From the NCBI GenBank assembly GCA_965206745.1, contig OZ242220.1:1760001-1824000 (forward strand): a DNA stretch of 64,000 nt, given 5' to 3'. Shown piece by piece: positions 27,708-37,986 of this stretch. The DNA comes from Nitrosopumilus sp. Lineage in GTDB: Archaea > Thermoproteota > Nitrososphaeria > Nitrososphaerales > Nitrosopumilaceae. Under the pieces are notes generated by a model, which saw only the letters and a list, made by a program, of their open reading frames with translations, did no database searches and was not told the origin of the DNA. Each line of letters begins with the position of its first letter. Position 1 is the first letter of the stretch. Position numbers and translations under genes: made by a program.

Positions 27708-28331
27708 CTATTTAAAATTAAAGTAATTTAGTTTTGTCAGAATATTTTCAAGCGTGACATCGTTGTATCCTGAAACTTCAAAGGTATGGGCGCCTGAATT
27801 TTTTGCAGCAAGAATTCCTTTTGGAGAGTCCTCTACAATCATACATTCTTTCGGATCCAATTCTAATCTAGACATAGCTTGCAAGTATCCTTCTGAAGAG
27901 GGTTTAGGGGATGAAACATCCTCATTAGAAATTACAAAATCCATATATTCAAGCTGTCCTGTTTTATCCAACATTAAAAGAGCAGTTTTTCTAATACTAT
28001 TTGTAACACATACTCTCTTGTAAGATTTTGTAGCATCATGCAGCCTAATTTTATTTGGATCAACAAACGCATCTTTTTTAATTACTTCAATTGTCAAATC
28101 CTGTTTTTTTTCCCATATTAAATCAAAATCACTTTTTTCTATTCTTTTTTGTTCCAAAAGAATTTCAAGTTTTCTCATTGTTGGAAGACCATTAAAAGTT
28201 TGGATATGCTCATCTCGCTTAATTGTAAAATTCTTTGCTTGTTCTAATGCCAGATTAAGTGATTGATAATGCCATTCTGTTGCGTCAACTAAAACTCCAT
28301 CAAGATCATATAAAATTGCCTTAATCATCAT
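27708..28331 (-). CDS. HAD-family phosphatase
   Basis: YDLDGVLVD, VTNS, KPS, VEDS. Confidence 0.9.
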   Translation of the reverse strand: MMIKAILYDLDGVLVDATEWHYQSLNLALEQAKNFTIKRDEHIQTFNGLPTMRKLEILLEQKRIEKSDFDLIWEKKQDLTIEVIKKDAFVDPNKIRLHDATKSYKRVCVTNSIRKTALLMLDKTGQLEYMDFVISNEDVSSPKPSSEGYLQAMSRLELDPKECMIVEDSPKGILAAKNSGAHTFEVSGYNDVTLENILTKLNYFNFK

Positions 28332-28881
28332 TCCAATATTTCGGCATATCGGTACAAATTGCATCTGCTGAAATAGAATTTACAATTTCCTCAAATTGTT
28401 TGATTTCAAATTTTCTTCCATGAAGTTCAGGAGAAACAAGTGCAACTTTTAGATGTGACTTTTGTAATGATTTTAAAAAGTCAACGTCATACCAAATTTT
28501 TTCAAAACAATCTAGCCAAACCCAGTTGCAGTTTGGGATTATTTCCTTTTCATACTCACTCAATCTGAATGCACAATTCAAGTTATGTTTTATGGATTTT
28601 AGTAAAGAAGGGATACTATGATCAAATGTAAAATAGTTTTCAAAGCCATACTTGCCAAGGATTTTTTTTAATTCAAGCTCAATTTCTGAGGATTTTACGT
28701 TTATGGATAGAAACGTTTCATTGGGAATTTTATCAAGAAATGATTCTAAATCAGGTGAATTCCCATCTGGTGGATCATGTGATAGAACCAATTTATCTCC
28801 AAAATCCCTTACATCAATTTCTGCCCCATATCGATCATCAAAGAGTTCGATGGAATTTGTTCTATGTTTTAAAATTATCAT
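28321..28881 (-). CDS. PLC-like/GDPD-like protein of capsule loci
   Basis: HRTN, GAEIDVR, LSHD, NVK, RLSEYE, WLDCF, VSPELH, ICTD. Confidence 0.7.
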   Translation of the reverse strand: MIILKHRTNSIELFDDRYGAEIDVRDFGDKLVLSHDPPDGNSPDLESFLDKIPNETFLSINVKSSEIELELKKILGKYGFENYFTFDHSIPSLLKSIKHNLNCAFRLSEYEKEIIPNCNWVWLDCFEKIWYDVDFLKSLQKSHLKVALVSPELHGRKFEIKQFEEIVNSISADAICTDMPKYWNDD

Positions 28882-28963
28882 GAATCTTTCTATAATTCTG
28901 CATATTCAAGTCTTTTTTAGTATAAAATGCAATTTTATATGAAAGTATAAGATATTTTTTAAT

Positions 28964-29698
28964 ATGAAAATTTTAATTCCCATGGCAGGTCGTGGAAGAC
29001 GATTTGAGGATGCAGGGTATAGTTTTCCAAAACCAATAATTGATGTCAACGGCAAGCCCATGATTCAAATTATTATAGAAAATCTAAATTTCTCAGATCA
29101 GCATATCTTCATAACACAAAAGGAACACATGGAAAAATACTCGATAAAAGAGATGTTGAACTTGATCAAGAAGGATAGTGAATTAATTTCGGTAAATGAG
29201 ATTACAGAAGGAGCTACATGTACGGTTTTACTTGCAAAGGAATTGATCAACAATGACGAAGAATTAATCATTGCAAATAGTGATCAGTGGGTAAATTGGA
29301 ATAACCAACATTTCCTATCTTATTTGCGTGAAAAAGATGCAGATGGCGGAATTGTCACATTTATTGCGACACACCCAAAATGGAGTTTTGTCAAAACAGA
29401 TGAAGACGGACTAGTTACAGAAGTGGCTGAAAAAAAACCAATCAGCAATATTGCCACAGTTGGGATTTATTATTTTAAAAAGGGAAGTGATTTTGTAAAA
29501 GCGGCAGAACAGATGATTGCCAAAAACATCAGAACCAATAATGAATTCTATGTCGCACCCGTATTTAATGAGATGATTGAAAATAAGAAAAAAATTTTAA
29601 CGTATCCAGTTGCAGAGATGAGAGGCCTTGGCACTCCAGAAGATCTAAAAAGATTCATAGAAATTATCGATAAAAAAACAAATGCGACAGAATCATAG
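28964..29698 (+). CDS. Sugar nucleotidyltransferase
   Basis: IPMAGRGRRF..PKPII, TEGA, ANSDQ, EKKPIS, NEFYVAP, LGTPEDL. Confidence 0.88.
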   Translation: MKILIPMAGRGRRFEDAGYSFPKPIIDVNGKPMIQIIIENLNFSDQHIFITQKEHMEKYSIKEMLNLIKKDSELISVNEITEGATCTVLLAKELINNDEELIIANSDQWVNWNNQHFLSYLREKDADGGIVTFIATHPKWSFVKTDEDGLVTEVAEKKPISNIATVGIYYFKKGSDFVKAAEQMIAKNIRTNNEFYVAPVFNEMIENKKKILTYPVAEMRGLGTPEDLKRFIEIIDKKTNATES

Positions 29699-29752
29699 AA
29701 ATGACAATTCCAGTTTTATCATACAGAACTTTTAAAATTATTTGTAATGATT

Positions 29753-30640
29753 TTAATTTGTTTGACTAAGAGTTAACTCTAATCCTTTTTTGATTGATAC
29801 AGTGGGTTTCCAACCAAGTTCTCTGATATTTGATGTGTCGGATATAATATTCTGAACTTCAACTTTGCGCTTGCTTGTTTTTAAAGAGCGGATGGGTTTT
29901 TTGGAATTGGTAAGCTTTCCAAGCATATCACATATTTCTTGAATTGAATGACTATTGCCAGATCCGACATTAAAAATTTGAAATTTTTTCAAATTCTTCA
30001 TTGCTATATGGATGGAATCTATCACGTCAGAGACATAAATGAAATCACGTTTGGGTTGCAAATTTCCAAGTTTTATAACATCTGAATTTAGGAATTGGGA
30101 TATTATGTTGGAAGTTACTAAATGAGATGGACTGTTAGGCCCATAAACAGAAAAAAATCTCAATACAGTAACGTCCATCAAATATGTTTTTGAGTAAGAT
30201 TCACAAAGAGATTCTCCAGCAATTTTACTCATTGCATAAATTGATGTCGCATGTGTGGGATGATTTTCAGATACCGGTAATTTTTCAGGATTGCCGTATA
30301 CATGGCTGGTACTTGCAAAAATTATTTTGCAATCTTTTTTTCTAGCAATATCAAGTAATTTTTGAGTGGCAACGACATTAATTTCAAAACATTTCTCAGG
30401 GTTTGAATTGCATGACTTGACATCAGACATTGAAGCAAGATGAATGATTGTAGAGTTTTTTTTAATATCAGATGAATTGATTTTTCTAATATCTTTTTTA
30501 ATTTGTTTTATTTTAGAATTATCTGACAAAGAATTTGAAATTCCTGAAAGGCGATATTGTGTTGAATTTAATGAATTAACTAGATGAGTACCAATAAATC
30601 CATTATGTCCAGTAATCAAGAGAGTTTTCACAAATAACAT
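29753..30640 (-). CDS. NAD-dependent epimerase/dehydratase
   Basis: TGHNGFIG, YAMSK, RFFSVYGP. Confidence 0.9.
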   Translation of the reverse strand: MLFVKTLLITGHNGFIGTHLVNSLNSTQYRLSGISNSLSDNSKIKQIKKDIRKINSSDIKKNSTIIHLASMSDVKSCNSNPEKCFEINVVATQKLLDIARKKDCKIIFASTSHVYGNPEKLPVSENHPTHATSIYAMSKIAGESLCESYSKTYLMDVTVLRFFSVYGPNSPSHLVTSNIISQFLNSDVIKLGNLQPKRDFIYVSDVIDSIHIAMKNLKKFQIFNVGSGNSHSIQEICDMLGKLTNSKKPIRSLKTSKRKVEVQNIISDTSNIRELGWKPTVSIKKGLELTLSQTN

Positions 30641-30726
30641 AATTCATAAAAACATGCCAGATAAAAATTTTTAATTTTTCCAGTATACTTTTTAAGAATC
30701 ATGTTGGAGAGAAACACAGAGAATTC

Positions 30727-31740
30727 ATGAAAAATGCACTGATTACAGGGATAACAGGCCAGGATGGTGCATACCTTGCTGATCTGCTATTAAAAAAGGG
30801 ATACAAGGTATACGGTGCATATAGAAGACTCTCTACATCAAACTTTTGGAGATTGAGTCATCTTGGAATACAAGATAAAATTACACTTATTTCAGCAGAT
30901 GTAACTGATTCAAAGTCAATATATGAACTATTAAAAAAATCCCAACCCAAAGAGGTGTATCATTTAGCGGCTCAAAGTTTTGTTGCAATTTCATTTGATC
31001 AACCCATCTCAACTATCAATACTACCGGACTAGGGACAGTTAGGATGCTAGAAGAAATTAAAGAATTCGATAACAAGATCAAGTTTTACCAAGCAGGATC
31101 AAGCGAAATGTACGGGATGGAGAAATCAAATATCAAAAATGAACAGACACCTTTCAAACCAGTGAGTCCGTATGCTATTGCCAAAGTTTGTGGTCACTGG
31201 AGCACGAATATGTTTAGAGATGGTTATGGGTTGTTTGCAGCAAACGGAATACTGTTCAATCATGAATCACCAATAAGAGGATTGGAATTTGTAACACGTA
31301 AAATATCAAACGGGATTGCAAAGATTTCACTAGGATTGGAAAAAGAGCTCAAATTAGGAAATCTTTCCGCTAAGAGGGATTGGGGGTATGCTCCAGAGTT
31401 TGTAGAAGGAATGTGGATGATGTTGCAGCAGAAAAGTGCAGACGATTATGTTTTAGCAACCAATGAAACACATACAATTAAGGAGTTCGTGGATGAGGCA
31501 TGCAAGATTGCAGGTGTTTCAACAAAGAAAGTGACATCATCAAAAGAGAACTTGAGACCATTTGATGTTACGTATTTACGTGGGGATTATTCTAAGGCAA
31601 AAAAGAAATTAGGATGGCATCCAAAAATAAAATTTAAAAAATTGGTAAAAATCATGGTGGAAGAAGACATCAATAGATGGGAAAGATGGATGAAAAATGA
31701 GCATTTCCCCTGGGATGCTCCCACGTCAGCAACAGTGTAA
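30727..31740 (+). CDS. gmd: GDP-mannose 4,6-dehydratase
   Basis: ITGITGQDGAYLA, LAAQSFV, FNHESPIRG, RDWGYA. Confidence 0.95.
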   Translation: MKNALITGITGQDGAYLADLLLKKGYKVYGAYRRLSTSNFWRLSHLGIQDKITLISADVTDSKSIYELLKKSQPKEVYHLAAQSFVAISFDQPISTINTTGLGTVRMLEEIKEFDNKIKFYQAGSSEMYGMEKSNIKNEQTPFKPVSPYAIAKVCGHWSTNMFRDGYGLFAANGILFNHESPIRGLEFVTRKISNGIAKISLGLEKELKLGNLSAKRDWGYAPEFVEGMWMMLQQKSADDYVLATNETHTIKEFVDEACKIAGVSTKKVTSSKENLRPFDVTYLRGDYSKAKKKLGWHPKIKFKKLVKIMVEEDINRWERWMKNEHFPWDAPTSATV

Positions 31741-31764
31741 AAAATGAAATTTACAAGGAGATTT

Positions 31765-32775
31765 TTAAATCCTATTTTTTATAAAGTTTATTGAGCCTAC
31801 TGGGGAAGGATCAATCTTAGAAAAAATTGCAGAATAGATTGAAGTGTAATCGAGCAAGTAAATCAGAGTAATCAATTTGGTTAAAATATTTCCAGATACA
31901 GAGAATATTTCTTTAAAATCAATATTTTGTTCTATAAAATATTCTTTGAGTATTTCAAATCTATCCTTTGTTTTTATGAAATCATTTTGGCCTCGTAAAA
32001 GTATTGGACGAACTATAGTGGGTTTCTCCCATGCAACTATACCGTTATGACATGCCTCAATGACATCCTCTATCATTGCATGGGATTTTGCATTTTCCTG
32101 TAATGATGATTTGAACCTATTAGCAGCAGATTGGAGGCCGTGAGGATAGTAAATTATGGGAATTTCAGAAATCCAATTTGCCAAAGATAATGCAGGGTTT
32201 GAGTCAGACAGATTAGAAGAGCTGATTTGATCTTTCATCTTTGCTAGTTCATCAAGGGATTCTAGAATCTCACTTTCTTCAATAGGAAGTGTTGAGTTTA
32301 ATACTTTGAGAATAGAGTATGTAAAATTTACAAAAGAAGATCGCGGAGAATGAATCAAATCAATTTTTCTAAAATGAATCTTATTTTCTTTGCAATATTC
32401 CTGGATTTTGCCTCCAGAAGAGAAAGCTAGTAATTTACAATTGAGAGTACTTGCAGATCGCAACACAGTTAATGTCTCACTGGTATTTCCAGATACACTT
32501 GTTACAATAACCAGAGTATTTTCATCAACAGTTTTAGGTAAAAGATATCCTTTGACGGTGCTTACATGAATGTTACTTTTTGATAAAATGGATAAGAATA
32601 GATCCCCTATGGCACCAGACCCCCCCATTCCTGAAAATACAATATGATCTATTCCATCAAAGAAAATTTCCTCTGCATCTGTTTCATATGCTTTTTTTGC
32701 AATATCTGGCCACTGATCATAAATCTTGTGCATTTCTGCGGTATCATATTTTTTTAAATCAGAAATTGTAATCAT
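31765..32775 (-). CDS. Bifunctional phosphoglucose/phosphomannose isomerase (SIS)
   Basis: GMGGSG, SVSGNTSET, SSGG, QENAK, EACHN. Confidence 0.88.
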   Translation of the reverse strand: MITISDLKKYDTAEMHKIYDQWPDIAKKAYETDAEEIFFDGIDHIVFSGMGGSGAIGDLFLSILSKSNIHVSTVKGYLLPKTVDENTLVIVTSVSGNTSETLTVLRSASTLNCKLLAFSSGGKIQEYCKENKIHFRKIDLIHSPRSSFVNFTYSILKVLNSTLPIEESEILESLDELAKMKDQISSSNLSDSNPALSLANWISEIPIIYYPHGLQSAANRFKSSLQENAKSHAMIEDVIEACHNGIVAWEKPTIVRPILLRGQNDFIKTKDRFEILKEYFIEQNIDFKEIFSVSGNILTKLITLIYLLDYTSIYSAIFSKIDPSPVGSINFIKNRI

Positions 32776-33145
32776 TTAAAATTCAATGTGAGTATTATAA
32801 TATAATGATTTATCACAGATGCCATCAAAGCAGTCAACACATTGATTAGATGTGTTGAATGTGATGTTGAGTGTGTAATTTTTCATTTGAAAAAAATAAG
32901 AATATGTCTTTAAAAGTGATTGTAAAAATTTCGGTACAAAAAAATCACAAAATACCCATAACCATCAAAAGAAAAACATTCAGAGTCAACAATTTTAAGA
33001 TACTAGAGTCAATTTGACATTAAAGCATGGAATAAACTGGGCCATATAATGTCAGAGATGTGATTAATGCGCCTAAAATTAGAAAAATGCACACAGGTAC
33101 TTTATTTTCAATATTTTCAACGATGCATGTAATTCAATAATTAAT

Positions 33146-34018
33146 TTAGTTTTTACTATTCAAATACTTTTCAAGAATCTTCTTTGAAACACTTTTGGGT
33201 AGAATTTTGAACATAATGTCACGTGATGATCTTCTGATTCTAGTTCTGAATGGTTTCTGCTTTTGGTATTGTTTTAGTGCAGACAGATATGCATTTCTTG
33301 ATTCTTCTGATAGTTGATTTATGATAAGCGATTTAATGTTTTGAGTTTTTTCCAAAGCATCACCATATCGTACCTTGGTCATTTGGTTTTCATGGATTCT
33401 GTATTGGGCTAGATTTTCAGGCAATAAATGAAGGGTGTAATTAAAAAGAATACAGCATCTCAGCCAAAATTCATAATCATCTTTGAATTTTAAGGATTCA
33501 TCGAATAGTCCACATTTTGTAAAAATGGATTTGTGCATTATTGACGTAGTTCCATTTCCATAGTAGTGATCCAAGAGAATGACATTCTTCTGAAAAGCAG
33601 AAAGGGAATTATAATTGGGTTCTACAAAGGTGTCAATTGTATTTCCCCTTTGATTGATCAGATCATAGTTTGAATACAAGATGCAATTTTCTGCATTTTT
33701 TCCAAGTTTTTTAATCTCCAAGACCAGCTTTTCAACTGCGTTTGGTTTAAGAACATCATCTGCACTTAACCACTTGAACCATTCCCCAGTCATGCTATTT
33801 ATTCCGGTATTCAAGGCAGAGGCAGTACCACCGTTTTGTTGATCAATAATTTTTATTCTATCTTTAAAATTATTTAGAATTGACAGTGATGAATCAGTTG
33901 ATCCGTCATTAACTGCGATAATCTCAATATTTTCATATGTTTGATTAAGGGTAGATTGGATGCAATCATCTAAAAAAATTTCTGCATTAAAGACGGGAAT
34001 AACAATTGAGATTTTCAT
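33146..34018 (-). CDS. Glycosyltransferase family 2
   Basis: SIVIPVFN, VNDGSTD, LSADD, DDYEFW. Confidence 0.92.
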   Translation of the reverse strand: MKISIVIPVFNAEIFLDDCIQSTLNQTYENIEIIAVNDGSTDSSLSILNNFKDRIKIIDQQNGGTASALNTGINSMTGEWFKWLSADDVLKPNAVEKLVLEIKKLGKNAENCILYSNYDLINQRGNTIDTFVEPNYNSLSAFQKNVILLDHYYGNGTTSIMHKSIFTKCGLFDESLKFKDDYEFWLRCCILFNYTLHLLPENLAQYRIHENQMTKVRYGDALEKTQNIKSLIINQLSEESRNAYLSALKQYQKQKPFRTRIRRSSRDIMFKILPKSVSKKILEKYLNSKN

Positions 34019-34485
34019 AAATCATCAAATTTTTGGGGAATGTCGAGCATTCCTCCCTTTGCAAGCAGATCTAGTTTTTTATCAAGTTCTGATAGTCGCT
34101 CAGTCTCCTCTTCAGTCATGTCATCTAAATGAGATTTTTGCAACAATTTCAAAAGTTCCAATAGCAAGGGTGCAAGGACTTCCTTATGAATACCAGGAAG
34201 AAGTTTGTAATTGTAGGGGTTTGATTCACTGCTTATTTCAGATTCAGCTCTGAACGCCCCTGATCTTCGCATATGAATAAAACCCAATAGGATTAAAACT
34301 GGCAATCCAATTGAAGATGAAACGATTACGTATGTTGAAAAACTTGAAAATATTGAAAAAGAATTTTCTATTGCAAGATAGTACGTTAAGGTGTACATGT
34401 TGACAACTGCAATAATGAATGAGAAATATTGGATATATCCGGTACGAAAATAATACCATGCGCGGAATATGAGAGATTTCGTCAT
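34015..34485 (-). CDS. Hypothetical membrane protein (paralog B)
   Basis: FRAWYYFRTGY...TYYLAI...GLP..GFIH...YNYKLLPGIHKEV. Confidence 0.75.
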   Translation of the reverse strand: MTKSLIFRAWYYFRTGYIQYFSFIIAVVNMYTLTYYLAIENSFSIFSSFSTYVIVSSSIGLPVLILLGFIHMRRSGAFRAESEISSESNPYNYKLLPGIHKEVLAPLLLELLKLLQKSHLDDMTEEETERLSELDKKLDLLAKGGMLDIPQKFDDL

Positions 34486-34967
34486 CGAAAAGCTCCTTTG
34501 GGGGGATTACCAGCATATTCACCATCAATAAGATCCTGTAATTGTTTCTCAATTTTATTCATATTTTGGATTTCCTCATCTGATAGTTTTTCAGATTTGG
34601 CCTGCTTTACTGTGGCACGGAATATTGCCAGGTAAGCATGACTGAACACCTCTTTGTGGTATCCAGGCAACCATTTGTAATTGTAAACATGGTTTTGTTG
34701 TGCTATGGATAATTCCGCAGAATAGGTTCCTGCTTTTTTATAATGAAACCAACCAGAAAAGATAATGACAGGAAGGCCAATTGCTACTGCAGTTAGGATG
34801 TAGAGTTCAAAGGTAGGAAATATGGCTTTGATGAAAGGAGCTCGATCTATGGCAAGAAAATATGTAGAAGTTAGAACATTGATCACACCTACCAATAATG
34901 CAAGGTAGACAGCATATCCTAATCGAAAATAAAAAAAAACCCGAAGACCTTTACGCTGTTTGCCCAT
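34482..34967 (-). CDS. Hypothetical membrane protein (paralog A)
   Basis: RVFFYFRLGY...TYFLAI...GLP..GWFH...YNYKWLPGYHKEV. Confidence 0.75.
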   Translation of the reverse strand: MGKQRKGLRVFFYFRLGYAVYLALLVGVINVLTSTYFLAIDRAPFIKAIFPTFELYILTAVAIGLPVIIFSGWFHYKKAGTYSAELSIAQQNHVYNYKWLPGYHKEVFSHAYLAIFRATVKQAKSEKLSDEEIQNMNKIEKQLQDLIDGEYAGNPPKGAFR

Positions 34968-35124
34968 AGATGTAGTTTGTATCAGATTTCTATTTCATAT
35001 AGTTTATGCTAATTTTGACTCTTGAGTTAAAAAGAATAAAGAAAAATATTATTGGAAAATGATAATCCTGAAATCAATGCGTGGCAATTATAAAATAATT
35101 TACAGTATTTTATGAATTAGTCAG

Positions 35125-36252
35125 TCATTCAAAGATGACAATTTTGGGATTGATTTTTTTTAATTGATCAATAATCTCGTTCCTATAAGATCCAACTTTG
35201 ACTATAACACCAACATCTTTCTCATTTTCTATTGTATTTGGATCAAACACATTCAGTCGTGTGCCATACAGCCGCTTTCCAATTTTTAAGGCAGAATTAT
35301 CCAAGATGCCAAAAATTTTAGATTGATCCAAGCCAAATGATAGGAGGTATTGGGAGAACAAATGTGCTCCGAAAATATACAGTTTTCCAGGAAAATTTTC
35401 AGTTTTGGAATTTATCTCATTAACAAAATTTTTGTAATATTTTATAAATTCAGAATATAGATTTTTGTTTTTTTCATATAGGTTTGGATAATCTAAATTA
35501 TTCTTAATTCCAGTATATTTTGTGGCATAAAAAATACTGTGATCATCCTTAAAATATGATTTTTCAATAATTTCAAACCCAGTTTTTTTTAATATAATAT
35601 CCAAATAATCTTCAATGAGGAAGATTGAGTGTTCAAACATCATGCAATTTAGATATTTTTTTTGTAACCAAACCAACATGTTGGGAAATGAGAATACATG
35701 TAAATTTCCAGGAATCAAATGCTTGGAAATGTCGTTTAGGAATTCTTCAGGGTTTGGAGTATGTTCTATTACGTGTGAATGAACTATTGTATCGAAATTT
35801 TCTTCAAATTTTAGATCAGAAGAAAAATATTTCCTGATGCTATGAATGGAGGGTTCATTTTGATACAAAGGATTGGGATCTAAAAGGGTCCAGTCATAAT
35901 CGTTGTTATTCTGAAGGCATATTTTTGCTAGTTTTGCAGGACTCCCTCCGATCTCTAAAATTTTTCTGGGGTCAAATTTCATCAAAAAAGTTGCAAATTG
36001 TTCGTTATGTTCTTGCCAGGTTTTACCAATTGCATCATTATGAGGAAAAAGATAAATTTGTTCGATTGGAGGGATGTTTTTCAGTTGCAATATTCCTGTA
36101 TCTTTACAAATATCGACTTGAAGATCAAGTAAATAATCATCAGTGTCATTACCAGATATACAGCCAGCATAAACAGGGAAATTTGAAAAAGTGTAGAGAG
36201 TTTCCAACCTATTCTTATTGGTAAGCACACTTGAATTTCTAACGAGTGACAA
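35125..36252 (-). CDS. SAM-dependent methyltransferase, NDP-sugar C-methyltransferase-like
   Basis: ILEIGG, SHVIEH, MFEHSIF, YIFGA, LDNSALKIG. Confidence 0.75.
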   Translation of the reverse strand: MSLVRNSSVLTNKNRLETLYTFSNFPVYAGCISGNDTDDYLLDLQVDICKDTGILQLKNIPPIEQIYLFPHNDAIGKTWQEHNEQFATFLMKFDPRKILEIGGSPAKLAKICLQNNNDYDWTLLDPNPLYQNEPSIHSIRKYFSSDLKFEENFDTIVHSHVIEHTPNPEEFLNDISKHLIPGNLHVFSFPNMLVWLQKKYLNCMMFEHSIFLIEDYLDIILKKTGFEIIEKSYFKDDHSIFYATKYTGIKNNLDYPNLYEKNKNLYSEFIKYYKNFVNEINSKTENFPGKLYIFGAHLFSQYLLSFGLDQSKIFGILDNSALKIGKRLYGTRLNVFDPNTIENEKDVGVIVKVGSYRNEIIDQLKKINPKIVIFE

Positions 36253-36317
36253 TATTTTTTGTGAAATTTAATGAAGATATAAACGTGTAATAAATTTTGC
36301 AGTATTTAAAAAATCTG

Positions 36318-37052
36318 TCAAAAATAATCTTTAAGAGTTTGTAAGAATTTTGAAATTTTTGGTTGTGGATAATTATATTTTAGACCTTTTATGCTACCAG
36401 GATATGCAAGATTACTTATTAAAAAAATAGAATTATGAAAATTCATTTTATTATCAATTAGAAAATTATTTAAATTATCTCCAAAACATTGCTCAGATGT
36501 GAAAGGATTAGTTATTTTAATATCTGTAAAAAGGCCTTTCTGAATTAGATCAGATTTTACTATAAAAAAGGTCGCAGTGAAAGTCGTGGTGTCTTTGATA
36601 ATTAGGTGGTTTAGTTTCCCATCTGAATCGTAAAGTGTTTGTCCAAGTGGCCTTGTAATACCTAGAAATTTATTTTGCTTTTCCATTTTTCTAATAATTT
36701 TTTGAATGCCAGACAAGTTGTTTAATAGCACATCACCCATAATGAACACCCACCAATCAACATCAAATGAATTTGCAACTTGAAATCCCATACTGCAATT
36801 ACGACTCAGAGCTCTTGCAGGAGTGGTAGATGGCCCTCCCTGTTTTCGTTCATTTTGATAGTTTTCAATTGACGATGCAAGATCAGGCAATAATTCATAG
36901 TGATCTGCCAAAGAAGGATCAATGAGTTTTTTTTCATCGTCTGGATTAGATTGGATAACAATTATTTTGTGGAAGCTCTTTTTCGTGTTTTTTATGGTTT
37001 CAATAACTTTTTCAGTTTCATCATACATGGAAACTATCAATCCCAAACTCAT
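36318..37052 (-). CDS. Divergent GT-A fold glycosyltransferase-like protein
   Basis: LIVSMYDE, FIMGD; position inside the glycan island. Confidence 0.55.
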   Translation of the reverse strand: MSLGLIVSMYDETEKVIETIKNTKKSFHKIIVIQSNPDDEKKLIDPSLADHYELLPDLASSIENYQNERKQGGPSTTPARALSRNCSMGFQVANSFDVDWWVFIMGDVLLNNLSGIQKIIRKMEKQNKFLGITRPLGQTLYDSDGKLNHLIIKDTTTFTATFFIVKSDLIQKGLFTDIKITNPFTSEQCFGDNLNNFLIDNKMNFHNSIFLISNLAYPGSIKGLKYNYPQPKISKFLQTLKDYF

Positions 37053-37188
37053 TTTTCTCTGAAATTTATCACAAAAACATCTAATAAATAGTCATTATCA
37101 CCAACTTGCTCTAATTTTCAATAGAACATAAGATAAATATCTAAAAATATTTAAAAAATGATAACATGGACTTTGGAGGCAGGAAAAA

Positions 37189-37986
37189 ATGAAAATAGGA
37201 CTTGTAGGACTAGGCATGGTTGGTTCTGCTGTAAAATACGGTTTTGAGGTTAAACGTGGACATTCAGTTTTTGTTCATGATTTGAAACTTCCAGATACAA
37301 CACTAGAAAATGTCTACGATAATTCGGAGATTATATTCATCTGTGTAAGCACTCCAAAGACTCCAGACGGTTCATGTAACATTGATAATGTCTCAGAAAT
37401 TTGTATGAAAATAAACTCGATTGCAGAAAGTAAAAATGAAACAAAGGATGTAGTAATCAAATCAAGTGTGATTCCAGGTACAACAGATCAGTTAGCAAAA
37501 AAAAATACTTCAATCAGACTAGCTATGAATCCAGAATTTCTTTTAGAAAGAGCAGCAATGCATGATTTTTGCCATCAGGATATTTGTGTAATTGGAACAA
37601 AACATGATGACATTTATAAAAAGATTGTAGAGATTCACGGTAATTTAGCCCAAGAGTTTATCAAAACAACTCCTGCTAATGCAGAGGTTGTAAAATATTA
37701 TTGCAATGTGTTTAATTCAACACGAATAATTTTTGCCAACATGTTTTATGATATTTCAAAAAAAGTAGGTGCAGATTATGATGAGGCTAAAAAAATTGCC
37801 ACAAAAAGATACAACATGATAGATTCATACCTAGATTGCAATGAAAACTTGCGGGGATTCGGTGGAGCATGTTTGCCAAAAGATACTTTCGCTATTCTTT
37901 CATTATCTGAAAAGTTAGGAATACACTATAATTTTCTTAAAGGATTAATAGATGATAACGAGAGACTGAATCATGAAACAGAATAA
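37189..37986 (+). CDS. UDP-glucose/GDP-mannose dehydrogenase family (short form)
   Basis: GLGMVG, CVSTP, KSSVIPGT, NPEFL, GFGGACLPKD. Confidence 0.9.
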   Translation: MKIGLVGLGMVGSAVKYGFEVKRGHSVFVHDLKLPDTTLENVYDNSEIIFICVSTPKTPDGSCNIDNVSEICMKINSIAESKNETKDVVIKSSVIPGTTDQLAKKNTSIRLAMNPEFLLERAAMHDFCHQDICVIGTKHDDIYKKIVEIHGNLAQEFIKTTPANAEVVKYYCNVFNSTRIIFANMFYDISKKVGADYDEAKKIATKRYNMIDSYLDCNENLRGFGGACLPKDTFAILSLSEKLGIHYNFLKGLIDDNERLNHETE

